Shown here piece after piece: positions 13,381-25,500 of a stretch of 64,000 bases of DNA. The stretch spans positions 4,188 through 68,187 of the forward strand of contig NW_021824836.1 of the NCBI RefSeq assembly GCF_006345805.1, in the 5' to 3' direction. Source of the stretch: Octopus sinensis (Eukaryota). Under the pieces are notes generated by a model. That model was not told the DNA's origin. It ran no database searches and was given only the letters and a program-made list of their open reading frames with translations. Each line of letters starts with the position of its first letter. Position 1 is the stretch's first letter. Position numbers and translations under genes: made by a program.

Positions 13381-13554
13381 GGCGCAGGCGTGCCTGCATG
13401 GTAAGAAGCTTACTTCCCGACCACATGGTTCATGGTTCAGTCCCACTGCGTGGCACCTTGGACAAGTGTCTTCTACTATAGCCACGGGCCGACTAAAGCG
13501 TTGTGAGTTGATTTGATAGGCAGAAACTGAAAGAAGCCCCTCGTGTATATGTGT

Positions 13555-13624
<70 letters not shown>

Positions 13625-13833
13625 TGTGTGTGTGTATCTATGTGTGTATATCTTTTTATCTGTGTTTGTTCCCCATCACCACTTGACAACCGGTGTTGTC
13701 CCCGTAACTTAGCGGTTCGGCAAAAGAGCACGATAGAATATGTACCAGGCTTTAAAAAAAGTCCTGGGGTCAGTTCATTCGACAAAAAAAAATCAAGGCG
13801 GTGCCCCAGCATGGCCGCAGTCTAATGGCTAAG
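13381..13833 (+). mobile_element. Family-C tRNA-derived SINE (CORE-like box, internal GT microsatellite)
   Basis: ggcgcagg...ggttcagtcccactgcgtggcaccttggacaagtgtc head; tail cagcatggccgcagtc. Confidence 0.88.
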
Positions 13834-14350
13834 AATCACAGAACAAGCGATAATCTCAAGCAAGTTGGAATCAAATAGATGTTAAAGAACAATTTCCCGC
13901 TAGCCGTAGTTTATTGGTCTTTATATAATGAAGATCTTAAGCATAAGCGGGCAGAAAGTCAATTATGGCTGCTTTGACTGTTTGAACGCGTACATAACAC
14001 TGGCTCTATTTCCAGCTACAAACTGGTAGAAAATCTCATTTGTGACGAGTGTTGGCTATTATCGGACAAGCAACAGCGAACAGCCGATTGATAGTAATTC
14101 TCTCGGCTGGTTGTTGTATCTGCTACTAAACTGGCTGCGTGCATTAAGGCAGTAGAACATGCGTTTTTAGTATCCGTTAAGAAATCCAATCCTTTAACAG
14201 GCCTTTTAGAATTAACATCATCGTCCACAGACCGGGAAAGGAGTAACACAATATGCATAAGAACGTGTGTGTGTGTGTGCGCGCGCGCGGATGTGTATGT
14301 AAAACATGTATGATCGTATGTGTGCATGCGTGTGCGTGTGTTTGTGTGTT

Positions 14351-14750
14351 GACTGTGTGGTAAGTAGCCTGCTAACCAACCACATGGTTCCGGGTTCAGT
14401 CCCACTGCGTGGCATCTTGGGCAAGTGTCTTCTGCTATAGCCCCGGGCCGACCAATGCCTTGTGAGTGGATTTGGTAGACGGAAACTGAAAGAAGCCTGT
14501 CGTATATATATATATGTGTGTGTGTTGTGTGTGTGTGTTTGTGTGTCTGTGTTTGTCCCCCTTGCATTGCTTGACAACCGATGCTGGTGTGTTTACGTCC
14601 CCATCACTTAGCGGTTCGGCAAAAGAGACCGATAGGATAAGTACTGGGCTTACAAAGAATAAGTCTCGGGTCGATTTTGCTCGATTAAAGGCGGTGCTCC
14701 AGCATGGCCGCAGTCAAATGACTGAAACAAGTAAAAGAGTAAAAGAGAGA
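14351..14750 (+). mobile_element. Family-C SINE
   Basis: Near-identical to 15515-15912 and 33162-33549. Confidence 0.92.
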
Positions 14751-14924
14751 TATATATATATATGAAAATTATGCGGGCATGCATTGGTATGTAGATGTGT
14801 CCCAGGGGCAGCCGTCGGCTTTGACTGTAAAACCATTGTAAGAGTAGTTGTAGAATAAATAAACGGAGACGGGTCCTAAGTCTGCGACGCATCTGCTCAC
14901 TTCGGAGAGTATGATGTCCTCCAG

Positions 14925-15150
14925 TTTATCAATATGTTTACATTTGTTGGAAATTTCGGATCTGTTATTAAGCAGTATGGTGGGATCCTTATATCTAAAA
15001 GGATATGCAATCATTCAGCTACGCATAAGTTGCATCTCTTAGATCCATTATCATATGCCATGGATTTTTCTACGATTTTCCACCTGACTGCCTGTGGTGT
15101 GGGGTTGGTCTTCAAACCCCATTCGTGGCTAGCCAACTTAGTGGTTTTAC
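14925..15150 (-). pseudogene. Penelope-like element, C-terminal GIY-YIG endonuclease-region fragment (frameshifted)
   Basis: Translates as TTKLASHEWGLK...WKIVEKSMAYDNGSKRCNLCVAE/...LLNNRSEISNKCKH. This matches the CxLCxxEK...LLNKRSE..KCRH C-terminal motif of PLE endonucleases as I recall it. Confidence 0.7.
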
Positions 15151-15514
15151 TTTTGACGATGGCTGACCACGGATGGGGGTTTGAAGACTTAATAATCCTA
15201 TAAATAATACAGCAAATATTCATGTCCATATGTCTCTAAATTGTGTAATTGTCCAAATAATATTCTCTACCCTCTTAATCATTTATGCCTCACTTAGATA
15301 TTATCTATAGATGTGTTGTCAAAACTAATCTAACCACGTTTACCTACACCTGTTCAATTGCTTGCGAATATAAGCAATTTTATAATTTTAATATATGTGA
15401 TAAAGCTAAGGGTACGTCACACGCGGAAAAAAAGTTGGGTATTAAAAGACTTAGGGTAAAATGCTCATACTACATTAGAAACACATTCCTATACTTCAAG
15501 CATGTTATCTAATA

Positions 15515-15912
15515 AGTGGCTGTGTGGTAAGTAGCTTGCTAACCAACAACATGGTTCCGGGTTCAGTCCCACTGCGTGGCATCTTGGGCAAGTGTCTGCT
15601 GCTATAGCCCCGGGCCGACCAATGCCTTGTGAGTGGATTTGGTAGACGGAAACTGAAAGAAGCCTGTCGTATATATGTATATATATTTGTGTGTGTATAT
15701 GTTTGTGTGTCTGTGTTTGTCCCCCTAGCATTGCTTGACAACCGATGCTGGTGTGTTTACGTCCCCGTCACTTAGCGGTTCGGCAAAAGAGAACGATAGA
15801 ATAAGTACTGAGCTTACAAAGAATAAGTCCCGGGGTCGATTTGCTCGACTAAAGGCGGTGCTCCAGCATGGCCTCAGTCAAATGACTGAAACAAGTAAAA
15901 GAGTAAAAGAGA
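15515..15912 (+). mobile_element. Family-C SINE
   Basis: Full consensus with an (aaaagagt)n tail. Confidence 0.92.
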
Positions 15913-16168
15913 GAGAGTATGTCTCTAACCTCTAAGCATTTAACCTATGCTTTGTAACTTAGAAATTCATACCAGCTTTGTTAGTCTCCTACCTCCAGCA
16001 CCCGCCCTTTCTCCGTCTATCAAGCGCTTTCATTGTGTCGTTTACCACCCGGTTTATGTATCCTTATTATATCAGCTTGCAACTTTATGTCCATAGATTT
16101 GTGAAATATCTGATAGTCCGGTGTATGACTTCCAAATTCCTTCGTCGTTATCTGTCTATTTATTATGA

Positions 16169-16550
16169 GGAGGCGCAATGGCCCAGTGGTTAGGGCAGCG
16201 GACTCGCGGTCGTAGGATCGCAGTTTCGATTCCCAGACCGGGCGTTGTGTGTGTTTATTGAGCGAAAACACCTAAAAGCTCCACGAGGCTCCGGCAGGGG
16301 ATGGTGGTGATCCCTGCTGTACTCTTTCACCACAACTTTCTCTCACTCTTACTTCCTGTTTCTGTTGTACCTGTATTTCAAGGGCCAGCCTTGTCACTCT
16401 CTGTGTCACGCTGAATATCCCCGAGAACTACGTTAAGGGTGCACGTGTCTGTGGAGTGCTCAGCCACTTACACGTTAATTTCACGAGCAGGCTGTTCCGT
16501 TGATTCGGATCAACCGGAACTCTCGTCGTCTTAACCGACGGAGTGCTTCC
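16169..16550 (+). mobile_element. Family-A SINE, full length
   Basis: tRNA-like head ggaggcgcaatggcccagtggttagg...gtttcgattccc; tail gtcgtcttaaccgacggagtgcttcc. Confidence 0.93.
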
Positions 16551-16789
16551 ATAACGATACTCTAATTTAGATAAGTAAATTTAAATAGTTTTGATCTCTC
16601 AGCTCCTTTATCCGTTTTAGCCACACCTTCTAATTCTCTATATATTCGAACATTAGGTTTTAATAAACTACTGTCCCAACTGACGTTGGATTGATGTAAG
16701 ATATCTTACGTCTTTAAAATTTTATCTGAAGATAGTGGATGTATGTTATGAATGCATTAATAAGATTCTACCGAAACAGCTGTCGTAAA

Positions 16790-17175
16790 TTTTAAACGGG
16801 GATATAGTAGGATACACTTGCCCAAGGAGCCAAACCGTGCGAGTGAACCCAGAACCCTGCGGTTGGGAAGTAAACTTCTTTATTTCAATGAATTTGCCAC
16901 ACACAGCCATTCCTGCGCTTACATATACATACATACATACATACATACATACATACATACATACATACATACATACGTACATACATACATATAAAATCGC
17001 TGACGTGGCCGATGACCGTACCGCCTGATTGGCACTCGTGCCAGTGGAACGTTAAAGTCACATCCGGGCGTGATCGTTGCCAGGGCCAAGGATTGGCTCC
17101 CGTGTCGGTGGCACGTGAAAAGGACCATTCGAGCGTAATCGTTGCCAACGTCGCTTTACCGGCACATATCTCAAA
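16790..17175. mobile_element. Family-C SINE head fragment (minus) and an adjacent GC-rich repeat fragment
   Basis: 16790-16920 is the reverse complement of a C head. 16990-17175 is a GC-rich, internally repetitive segment of uncertain family. Confidence 0.5.
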
Positions 17176-17272
17176 CATGCATATATATATATATGTACGT
17201 ACGTACATATGTATGTATGTATGTATGTATGTATATGTATGTATGTATGTATGTGTATGTATGTATGTATGT

Positions 17273-17312
<40 letters not shown>

Positions 17313-17519
17313 ATGTATGTATGTATGTATGTATGTATGTATGTTGTATGTATGTGTGCATTGTGAAATAAACTCGTTCGTTTCTTTCCTGTGTTATTTG
17401 AATCAATATTTTATTGTAATATTTTTATGAGATTTTTTTTGTGGCTCTATTCTTCTTCATCCACAACTTTTGTTTATCATTTTGGAATTTTGTATAAATT
17501 TTACCTCTTTCAGACGTAT

Positions 17520-18860
17520 GTTGATAGAGTGCCAAGTAGATAAGGTAAATGAGCATTTTCGCTACCTGCTTCTCTTCGATTTCAATCAAGGTTCCATATC
17601 TTCCAAAGTCTCTCGGGACATCTGTACTGTGTATAGAGAAGGCGCTTGTTACTGAAAAAACTACACAAACATGGTCTTCGCGCTTCAAGGAGGAGAAATT
17701 CGGCCTCACAAACTATCGCATTCCGGCCGATTTGTTCAGTTTAATGAAGATCGATTGAACGAGTTTATCCGCAATGATTCGCACTGATCCACTTGCGAAT
17801 TGGCCCAACAGTGGAATACTTTCATGAAGCTGTTGCCCCTCATCTTCACTCGGTCCAAAAAATCGGTGTATGGGTGATACCAGTAACATTGCCAGGTTCT
17901 AAAAGTTAGGAGGAGCGGGCACATAAAAAAGGTGTCGTGAACACATACCAAACAATTTTGAACTCATTTCTCCTATATTACATGAAATAATTCGTTAGTT
18001 ATATTATACGTAATTGTATTTTATATTCATTGATTTCATGTTTCAATAACAACGTTATTATGTATGAAACTAAGAACTACTGATATAGTTAACGAAAGAG
18101 TTTTTTTTAAATGTTGGAAAGGCATTGATTTTGAAAATTGTGTTTGCGGGAAGCAGTCGCTCCCCTTACTTCCCTATTAGCTATGCTACTGGGTTCCTCA
18201 TGTTCTAAGCAAAAGAGACAAGTTCTAGCGCTTCTCTATCGCTGCTTGTTTGTTTGCTCGACACCTGGCTACTCGTAGACGCAAAATTTCTTTAACGTAT
18301 TGTCCCCAGCTATGAAAAATGATGATTTACGTCAGTGTGAAGTAGAAAAAAGAATGGCTGAGACCCGACAAGTAAGCAACACCTCGAACCAAGCCAGAGC
18401 TGCACCCACGCTAGACAATAATCTGTATTTGGTGGGATTGGAAAGGGCTAATTCTCTACGAAATGCTTGAAAACAACCACACGGTCAATGCAGAGCTTTA
18501 CGTTCGGCAAATCCATCTGAAATGACTCTACCGGCGAAATGGCGTGCTTCTTCGACACGACAACGCTCGCAACCACATTGCTACTTTGACCAAAATCCCT
18601 TTTCGAGAGCTCGGTTGGGAAGTTCTATCGTACCCACAGATTTCTCCTGGTATAGCGCCTTCAGATTATCTTTTTTGATCGCTCTCCAACAGTCTGCGAG
18701 ATGTTTTATTTAAGACCAACGTGGAGCTGACAACGTGGCTTGGTGATTTTCAACAAGTTAAGACTCGGTCAAGGCATTGACAAGCTAGAGGAACGTTAGC
18801 AAGGAGTCGTGAACAATGAAGAATATTTTATTGAATGATTTGTTAAAATTATTAATGAAA
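17520..18860 (+). pseudogene. Decayed mariner (Tc1/mariner DD34D) transposase, split by an insertion
   Basis: IECQVDKVNEHFRYLLLFDFNQG...(HTH region), WVPHVL at ~18190, ICIWWDWKG, HDNAR, SPGIAPSDYLF and QGIDKLEER. Multiple stops and frameshifts. Confidence 0.9.
17881..18191. mobile_element. ~310-bp non-autonomous DNA-transposon-like insert within the mariner WVPH codons
   Basis: Degenerate inverted ends cagtaacattgccagg / (rc) cagtagcatagctaat; interrupts ggtgtatgggt|ggttcctcatg. Confidence 0.5.
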
Positions 18861-18929
18861 AAATAAGGATTAAATAAGGATTAAATAAATAAGGATTAAA
18901 TAAGGATTAAAGTAGATAGATAGGTTATT

Positions 18930-19110
18930 ATACAGACGATCTCCAGTGCTCGTCTATTGTCGATAGTTTGCTAGTTTGACACCAGGATACTCCTGATCAC
19001 AAGCAAAAATTTCGTTACTGTATCGTCACCAGCGATGACAAATGGTGTCTTTACGTTAATACGAAGTCAGAAGAAAGAATTCAATGCTGTTTCCTCCAAA
19101 AGCGACATAG
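18930..19110 (+). pseudogene. Second mariner transposase fragment
   Basis: IVTSDDKWCLYVNTK, the first catalytic Asp motif. Confidence 0.7.
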
Positions 19111-19167
19111 GCACCATAATGTTACTTAGTAACTGGTACTGTAGAAAACCGGGTGAGAGAGAGGGGG

Positions 19168-19256
<89 letters not shown>

Positions 19257-19807
19257 ATAAAGAGAGAGAAATAGAAAGGGAGAGAGATACGGAAATATGA
19301 TGGCCTCGATAAGATAGTCTTGACAGCTCTTTGAACTTGCGATGGAGATAATGGGAAGGTGTACCTGATGGTAAACGTGTTTTAGCCATCCCTACGATGG
19401 ACAAAGGTAAACGGTGTTTTTTTTTGTTTTGTTTTGTTTTTTTTTGTCGAATATAGCGATGGCTTACATATGTAGTGTATATAATTAAACATACCTAACT
19501 ATATATTTCAGAGTGCGCATCATTATTAACTGAGTAATTAAAATATGCCTTAATGTGGTTTTGCAATTATAACAGAACGAGTATTGGATGAAGGCATTAA
19601 TTGACTAATTAAATAGTTAGTTCATAAAGAAAGAAAGAAAAAAAGAAACAAACAAACAAACAAACAAAAGAATTCAAGAAAAGGGCGAAACGATAGAAAT
19701 AATAAACGAATAATTAAAAAAAAAGGTGACAGATGAAGAGAGACAGATTGAAAGATAGAGGATAGAAACACACACTGACAGACATATAGATAGATAGACA
19801 GATAGAC

Positions 19808-19893
<86 letters not shown>

Positions 19894-20186
19894 GTTTCTT
19901 TATTGGCCACACAGGGCTGCACACAGATGGGAAAGTTACAAGGTAGAGCTTTTCTTTTGGGGGAGAAAAAAAAAGGTGGCGTAGGTTTTCGATCAAAGGG
20001 GATCGTAAAAAGGGAAAAAAAGAAAAGAAAAATGAAAAAAAGAAGAAAAAAGAGGAAAAAAACCGATCAATGGGGATCGTGTATCACAGTGTCATGATGT
20101 ATGGTGTAAAGGGGAAAGCAAGTAAGGTTTATCCGTGGGAAGAAAAGCCTACGAAAAAGACCACGGTAACCTTGGTCAATATTGTT
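19894..20186 (-). mobile_element. LINE 3' UTR (L1/Tx1-like) inserted in (TATC)n
   Basis: The minus strand ends ...cagccctgtgtggccAATAAAgaaac plus (TATC)n, with (GATA)n on both sides. The same end recurs at 63578-63612. Clade assignment is inference. Confidence 0.6.
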
Positions 20187-20188
20187 AT

Positions 20189-20275
<87 letters not shown>

Positions 20276-20518
20276 TCCTCAATAAAGACTTCAGAGTGTA
20301 AATTCAAATCATTTGAGCACTACTGCGTGTGTTCTATATTAATCATCTTTGGATCTCACGCGTTGATTATATATATACACACACAAAAATTCTATAATTA
20401 TAAGCATAATTATAATTAGGGTTCAGCAAGATTGCTTCACCACATACCGAAATTTAGTTAAATACTATTCCACTACCATAAGATATCTCTTGATATTGAT
20501 AATTATTGATATATACAT

Positions 20519-20615
<97 letters not shown>

Positions 20616-20771
20616 CAGAGAGAGAGAGAGGCAGACAGACAGACAGACAGACAGATAGACAGACAGAGACAGAGACAGACAGACAGACAGCAGATAGAAA
20701 CAAAGTCAGACAGACACAGGCAGACAGCCTGAAAGCTACCTATCTATCTATCTATCTAGCTAGCTAGTTAC

Positions 20772-20874
<103 letters not shown>

Positions 20875-20938
20875 CTTATACAGACACACTGCCATTCCAG
20901 TGATGCTGTTTTCTCCGAGAGAGACGTAACAATATCAT

Positions 20939-20951
20939 GTTGCCTAGCAAC
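20939..20951. promoter_or_regulatory. RFX X-box-like motif GTTGCCTAGCAAC
   Basis: Exact match to the palindromic RFX consensus in apparently non-repetitive DNA. Confidence 0.35.
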
Positions 20952-21489
20952 AGTTGTACGCGGAAGAGATAGCAAGAGAAAGTCGAGAGGAGAGGCATTT
21001 AAGACAGAGAAAGTGAGAGAGACTGGGGGGAAGTGAGATGCCTGCGTCGATATAGTCATGACTACTTTGGGGATTATAAAAGATCTGATTTAATGACTAT
21101 TGTTAGATGAAAAAATTAATTAAGAAATTAACGGAAGTGAAGGACTGACAGAATGAAAGAAAAGAAGAGGAAGGTGGGTGGGAGAGAGGGAGAGCAAGAG
21201 GCAGAGAGATAGGGGAGGGAGGGAGAGGGAGAAGGGTCGGACTAACAAAAAGATAGGAACGATTGAAAGAAAGAAAAGAAGAATGAAAGAGGAAGAAAGA
21301 ACAATGAAAGAAAAATTCGAAAGAGAAAGAAAGAGAAATACTAAAAGAAAGAAATAAAGAAAGATTAAAGAGATTAACTCTACAGGAATGGAAGCGCCGT
21401 CAGCCGGGCCTACTCGAGATGCACGCAGAGCGATGAAACTGCTCTGCACGCACTCGTCCAGTGCTTGAGCATTACTGACTCGTGGATAA

Positions 21490-22232
21490 GGCGGCGAGCT
21501 GGCAGAGTCGTTAGCACGCCGGGCGAAATGCGTAGCCGTATTTCGTCTGCCGTTACGTACCGAGTTCAAATTCCGCCGAGGTCGACTTTGCCTCTCATCC
21601 TTTCGGGGTCGATAAATTAAGTACCAGCTACGCACTGGAGTCGATATAATCGACTTAATCCGTTTGTCTGCCCTTGTTTGTCCTCTCTGTGTTTAGCCCC
21701 TTGTGGGTAGTAAAGAAATAGGTATTTCGTCTGCCGTTACGTTCTGTGTTCAAATTCCGCCAAGGTCGACTTTGCCTTTCATCCTTTCGGGGTCGATAAA
21801 TTAAGTACTAGTTACGCTATGGGGTCGATATAATCGACTTAATCCGTTTGTCTGTCCTTGTTTGTCCTCTCTGTGTTTAGCCCCTTGTGGGTAGTAAAGA
21901 AATAGGTATTTCGTCTGCCGTTATGTTCTGTGTTCAAATTCCGATTTCGGGGTCGATAAATTAAGTTCCAGTTACGCAATGGGGTCGATATAATCGACTT
22001 AATCCATCTGTCTGTCCTTGTTTGTCTCCTCTGTGTGTAGCCCCTTGTGGGCAGTAAAGAAATAGGTATTTCGCCCGTCTTTACGTTCTGAGTTCAAATT
22101 CCACCGAGGTCGACTTTGCCTTTCATCCTTTCGGGGTCGATAAATTAAGTACCAGGGAAACACTGGAGTCAGTATAATCGACTAGTCCCCTCTTCCCCCA
22201 AAATTTTAGGCCTTGTGGCTTTAGTAGAAAGG
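21490..22232 (+). mobile_element. Family-B SINE tetramer (one head, four body units; last unit has an alternative tail)
   Basis: Junction gtaaagaaata|ggtatttc occurs three times. TSD attactg(a/g)ctcgtgg at 21471-21485 and 22233-22247. Confidence 0.92.
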
Positions 22233-22409
22233 ATTACTGGCTCGTGGGTTTATCTCGAACATGTGCAGGACGGATCCGGCTATCGGTTGAGTCCAGAGTG
22301 AAGATCGTCACGTCGCCTTCTTTGGACCGGGAAGGACAGGCAGTGTTTATGTGTTTATTGGCCTTAGCGAAAGAGGTTGTGTGGTGGACTAGATTCAAAG
22401 AACTTTAAG

Positions 22410-22459
22410 TCAAACACTTTCGTCTTTGGCCAAGCCCTCATCAGCTTTTTCAAGTTTCA
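22410..22459 (-). CDS. Candidate terminal coding exon (KLEKADEGLAKDESV*)
   Basis: Strong polypyrimidine acceptor ttccattttcgttttccatttcaag; phase-1 frame open for 15 codons to TGA. No homology recognised. Confidence 0.2.
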
Positions 22460-23118
22460 CTTGAAATGGAAAACGAAAATGGAAAGGAAAGTGCCTGTTA
22501 AGTACTGTGGCCTCTCCCCAAGTTTCTTGTCTTGTGCCTATGTTAGGAACATGTCACATCATCATCATCATCATCATCATTGGCGTCATCATCACCACCG
22601 TTTCAGCCGACGCAGCCGCTGCCACCGTAGCCACCACCACCACCCACCACCACCACCACCACCACCAAAACAACAGCAACAGCAGCAGCAACAACAGCCG
22701 TTGAAGAATTTGGACCTGGAAATCTCCATCTCCAGCGACTTCGAGGGCCACCTCCCAGTGGTGTCGGGCGTCAACGAAGGGCCCTCGACTACAACAAGAC
22801 GACCAAAGTTTTTTTCTTCCCCCTCCCAAGATCTGGGGTCTCCTGCCTCTAAGCCCTAGACCATCACCTAATCACCCTTACCCGTCTTGTTGCTTAACAA
22901 CAATAACAACAACAGCAGCAGTAGTAGCAGTAGTAGCAACAACAACAACAACAAGAACAGCCGGCAGAATCATCGAAATCGCTATCATTACTTACACAGC
23001 CATCATCAGACGGTTCTAACATCATATCCAAAGGAGAGAGTTTTATCTCTTACTTGCTATGGAAACTGCAGTTAAGTCCCGGCCAAAAGGATTCGTTATG
23101 AAACTAGAAATAGAATAA

Positions 23119-23516
23119 TCTTTATATATAAAAGTGAAGCTGTGTGTGTGTCTCCTACGATTTAGATTCCTAACTACTCCCACATTTTGCGGTGCAGTGT
23201 AACCAAAAGCGGGTATCTTATAGTCGTGATTCATATCGAGCCCTTCTGGGTAATTAGCGCGCGTCTACGATGAGTCTACGATTTTAAAAAAATTTACCAT
23301 AATTTTTTCCCATTTTTAATGCATTTTTTTGCTATTATATAAGGGAAGTAACTCTCTAAAAATTTATTATTAAATCTCAGAACGTAAAAAGCTACAGTAA
23401 CACCCACCCCCCTTGTGGTTAGCCATATTGAGATGGCTATTATACTTTACATCTCTAAAAATGCTTATATAGTTATTTCCCTTACAAACCCGAGCAACGC
23501 CGGGCGATACTGCTAG
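23119..23516 (+). mobile_element. Non-autonomous Helitron (~398 bp), same family as 8135
   Basis: A|TC start, the same hairpin and a CTAG|T end. Confidence 0.88.
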
Positions 23517-23769
23517 TATAAAATAAAATAAACAACAATAGCAGCAAAGGATTCTAACTTTATCTAATTCTCAAGTCTGTTTGGGGAGGGGGGTTATCCT
23601 TCCTGTAATCCATACGATACGTAAGATGGTTTTCCCTCTTCCTTAACTCCGGGATTTGATAAGAAGATCAAGTGTAACCGACAGTCTGAAGCAGTAGGAA
23701 ATGTTTACTCGACTTTATAAGTGCAACTGAAAGTCGGTATAACCTGCATTTCCTTATTTAAAACTCATG

Positions 23770-24380
23770 GTTTAGAGTCATCTTCACCCTCATCATCATC
23801 TCCATAGTCACCTTTTTCCGTTTCTTCTCTTTTATTTTTCTTCCTCTTCCACCAGCTCCTCTTCTTCTTCTTCTTCTTCTTCTTCTTCTTCTTCTTCTTC
23901 TTCTTCTTCTTCTTCTTCTTCTTCTCTTCTTCGTCTTCTTCTTCGTCTTCTTCTTCGTCGTCGTCTTCGTCTTCTTCTTCTTCGTCTTCTTCTTCTTCTT
24001 CTTCTTCTTCTTTCTTATGCTTATCCTCCCCTCCTGTTCCTCCTCCCCTCCTCTCCTTAACCTCCTCATCCTCCTCTTTCTTCTTCCTTTCCTTTTCTCC
24101 TTCTTCTTCTTCTTCTTCTTCATCATCATCCTTATCCTTATCCTCCCCCTCCTCATCTTTCCTCCTCTTCATCCTCCCATCCTCTCCTTATCTTCTTCAT
24201 CCTCCTTCTCTTTCTTCTTCCTTTCCTTTTCTTCTTCTTCTTCTCTTTCTTCTTCATACTCATCCTCATCCTTATCCTCCCTTCCTCCTCCTCCTTTTTT
24301 CTTCTTCCTTTCCTTTCCTTTCCTTCTCCTCCTCCTCCACCTCCTTCTTCTTCTCTTTCTTTCTTTCTTTCTTTCTTTCC
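23770..24380. repeat. (CTT/CCT)n polypyrimidine microsatellite
   Basis: Direct reading. Confidence 0.95.
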
Positions 24381-24755
24381 TTTTATTTTATTTCCCATTT
24401 CCAAAATACTTCTGCAGTACTTTCCAACATTGAAACGGTAAAAGTTCTTCATCCTTATAACATTGGCGATGTAACAATCTTCCCCAGTCTACGCTCACAT
24501 TATTTATTTACTTGTTTATTTATTCACTTACCTATTTTATTTATTTATCTATGTATTTATTAATTTATTTCTTATCTTTGTTGTAAGGTATCGCTTTACA
24601 ATTTGCCAACCGTGTATCTTGTAGTAGAATCTATAGACGATATTTGAAATATTTCTGTTTCAAAAGATCAGGATACAAGATAAATTATTTATTCTACAGT
24701 GTGTGCGCCTAGGTGTTATTTGAAGATTGATAACACTCACTCCTTCTCTGTGTGT

Positions 24756-24831
<76 letters not shown>

Positions 24832-25121
24832 TGTGTGCAAGGAAGCAGTGTTACACACACATGCACACACACGTATATATAATTTCCTTATACGATTTTT
24901 CTATTTTGGCGTTGTTTCTGCGAGCTATCCAAATGATATTAGATTATTGGTCTCTCTATTCCTCTCTCTCCCCTCCCCTTCCTCCGCCTTGTACCTCCGT
25001 CTCCTACTCCTCTCCCCTACTCTCTTCCGCACTTTCTTTCCTTCTCTCTCTTACTCACTATCTCCTTATCTCTTTCTTTTTTCTCCCACCTCTCTCTATC
25101 TTAAATTGACCCCGAAGTAAA

Positions 25122-25134
25122 GTTGCATAGCAAC
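25122..25134. promoter_or_regulatory. RFX X-box-like motif GTTGCATAGCAAC
   Basis: Near-palindromic 13-mer resembling the RFX consensus. Confidence 0.25.
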
Positions 25135-25500
25135 GCCAGTGACATACATACAAGTTGCTAAATGGCTGACAATTCTTTGGTTTTTTTTTTTGGTTTTTTT
25201 TTTTCTGTTTGCCATTATTTATTCATGAGGGTTTTTTTTCTTCTTTTCCTTCGGTTATTATCATTTCAAATCTCAGAAAAACAAACGAACAAATGAAACA
25301 AGACACAATTAAATATATTTTCTTTAAATATTGTTAATGGCAACAATAGTTCCACCATTGAATAACTATTCTGAGAGTTCATCAGTTATTTTAATGGAAA
25401 ATCTTGATGAATTGTTTCTGTCTCACTCATGGAGTATATAAATATATACATACGTACCTACATGAATTCATACACACATACATACACACATACATACACA

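Noticed and set aside
14016-14260. STALMHAAS as an ankyrin repeat
   Set aside because: It lacks the GH..V..LL half, has no splice support, and the ORF runs out of a SINE or microsatellite.
22405-22447. Minus-strand CUGAUGA...GAAA hammerhead reading
   Set aside because: Stem I cannot form and stem II needs a large bulge.
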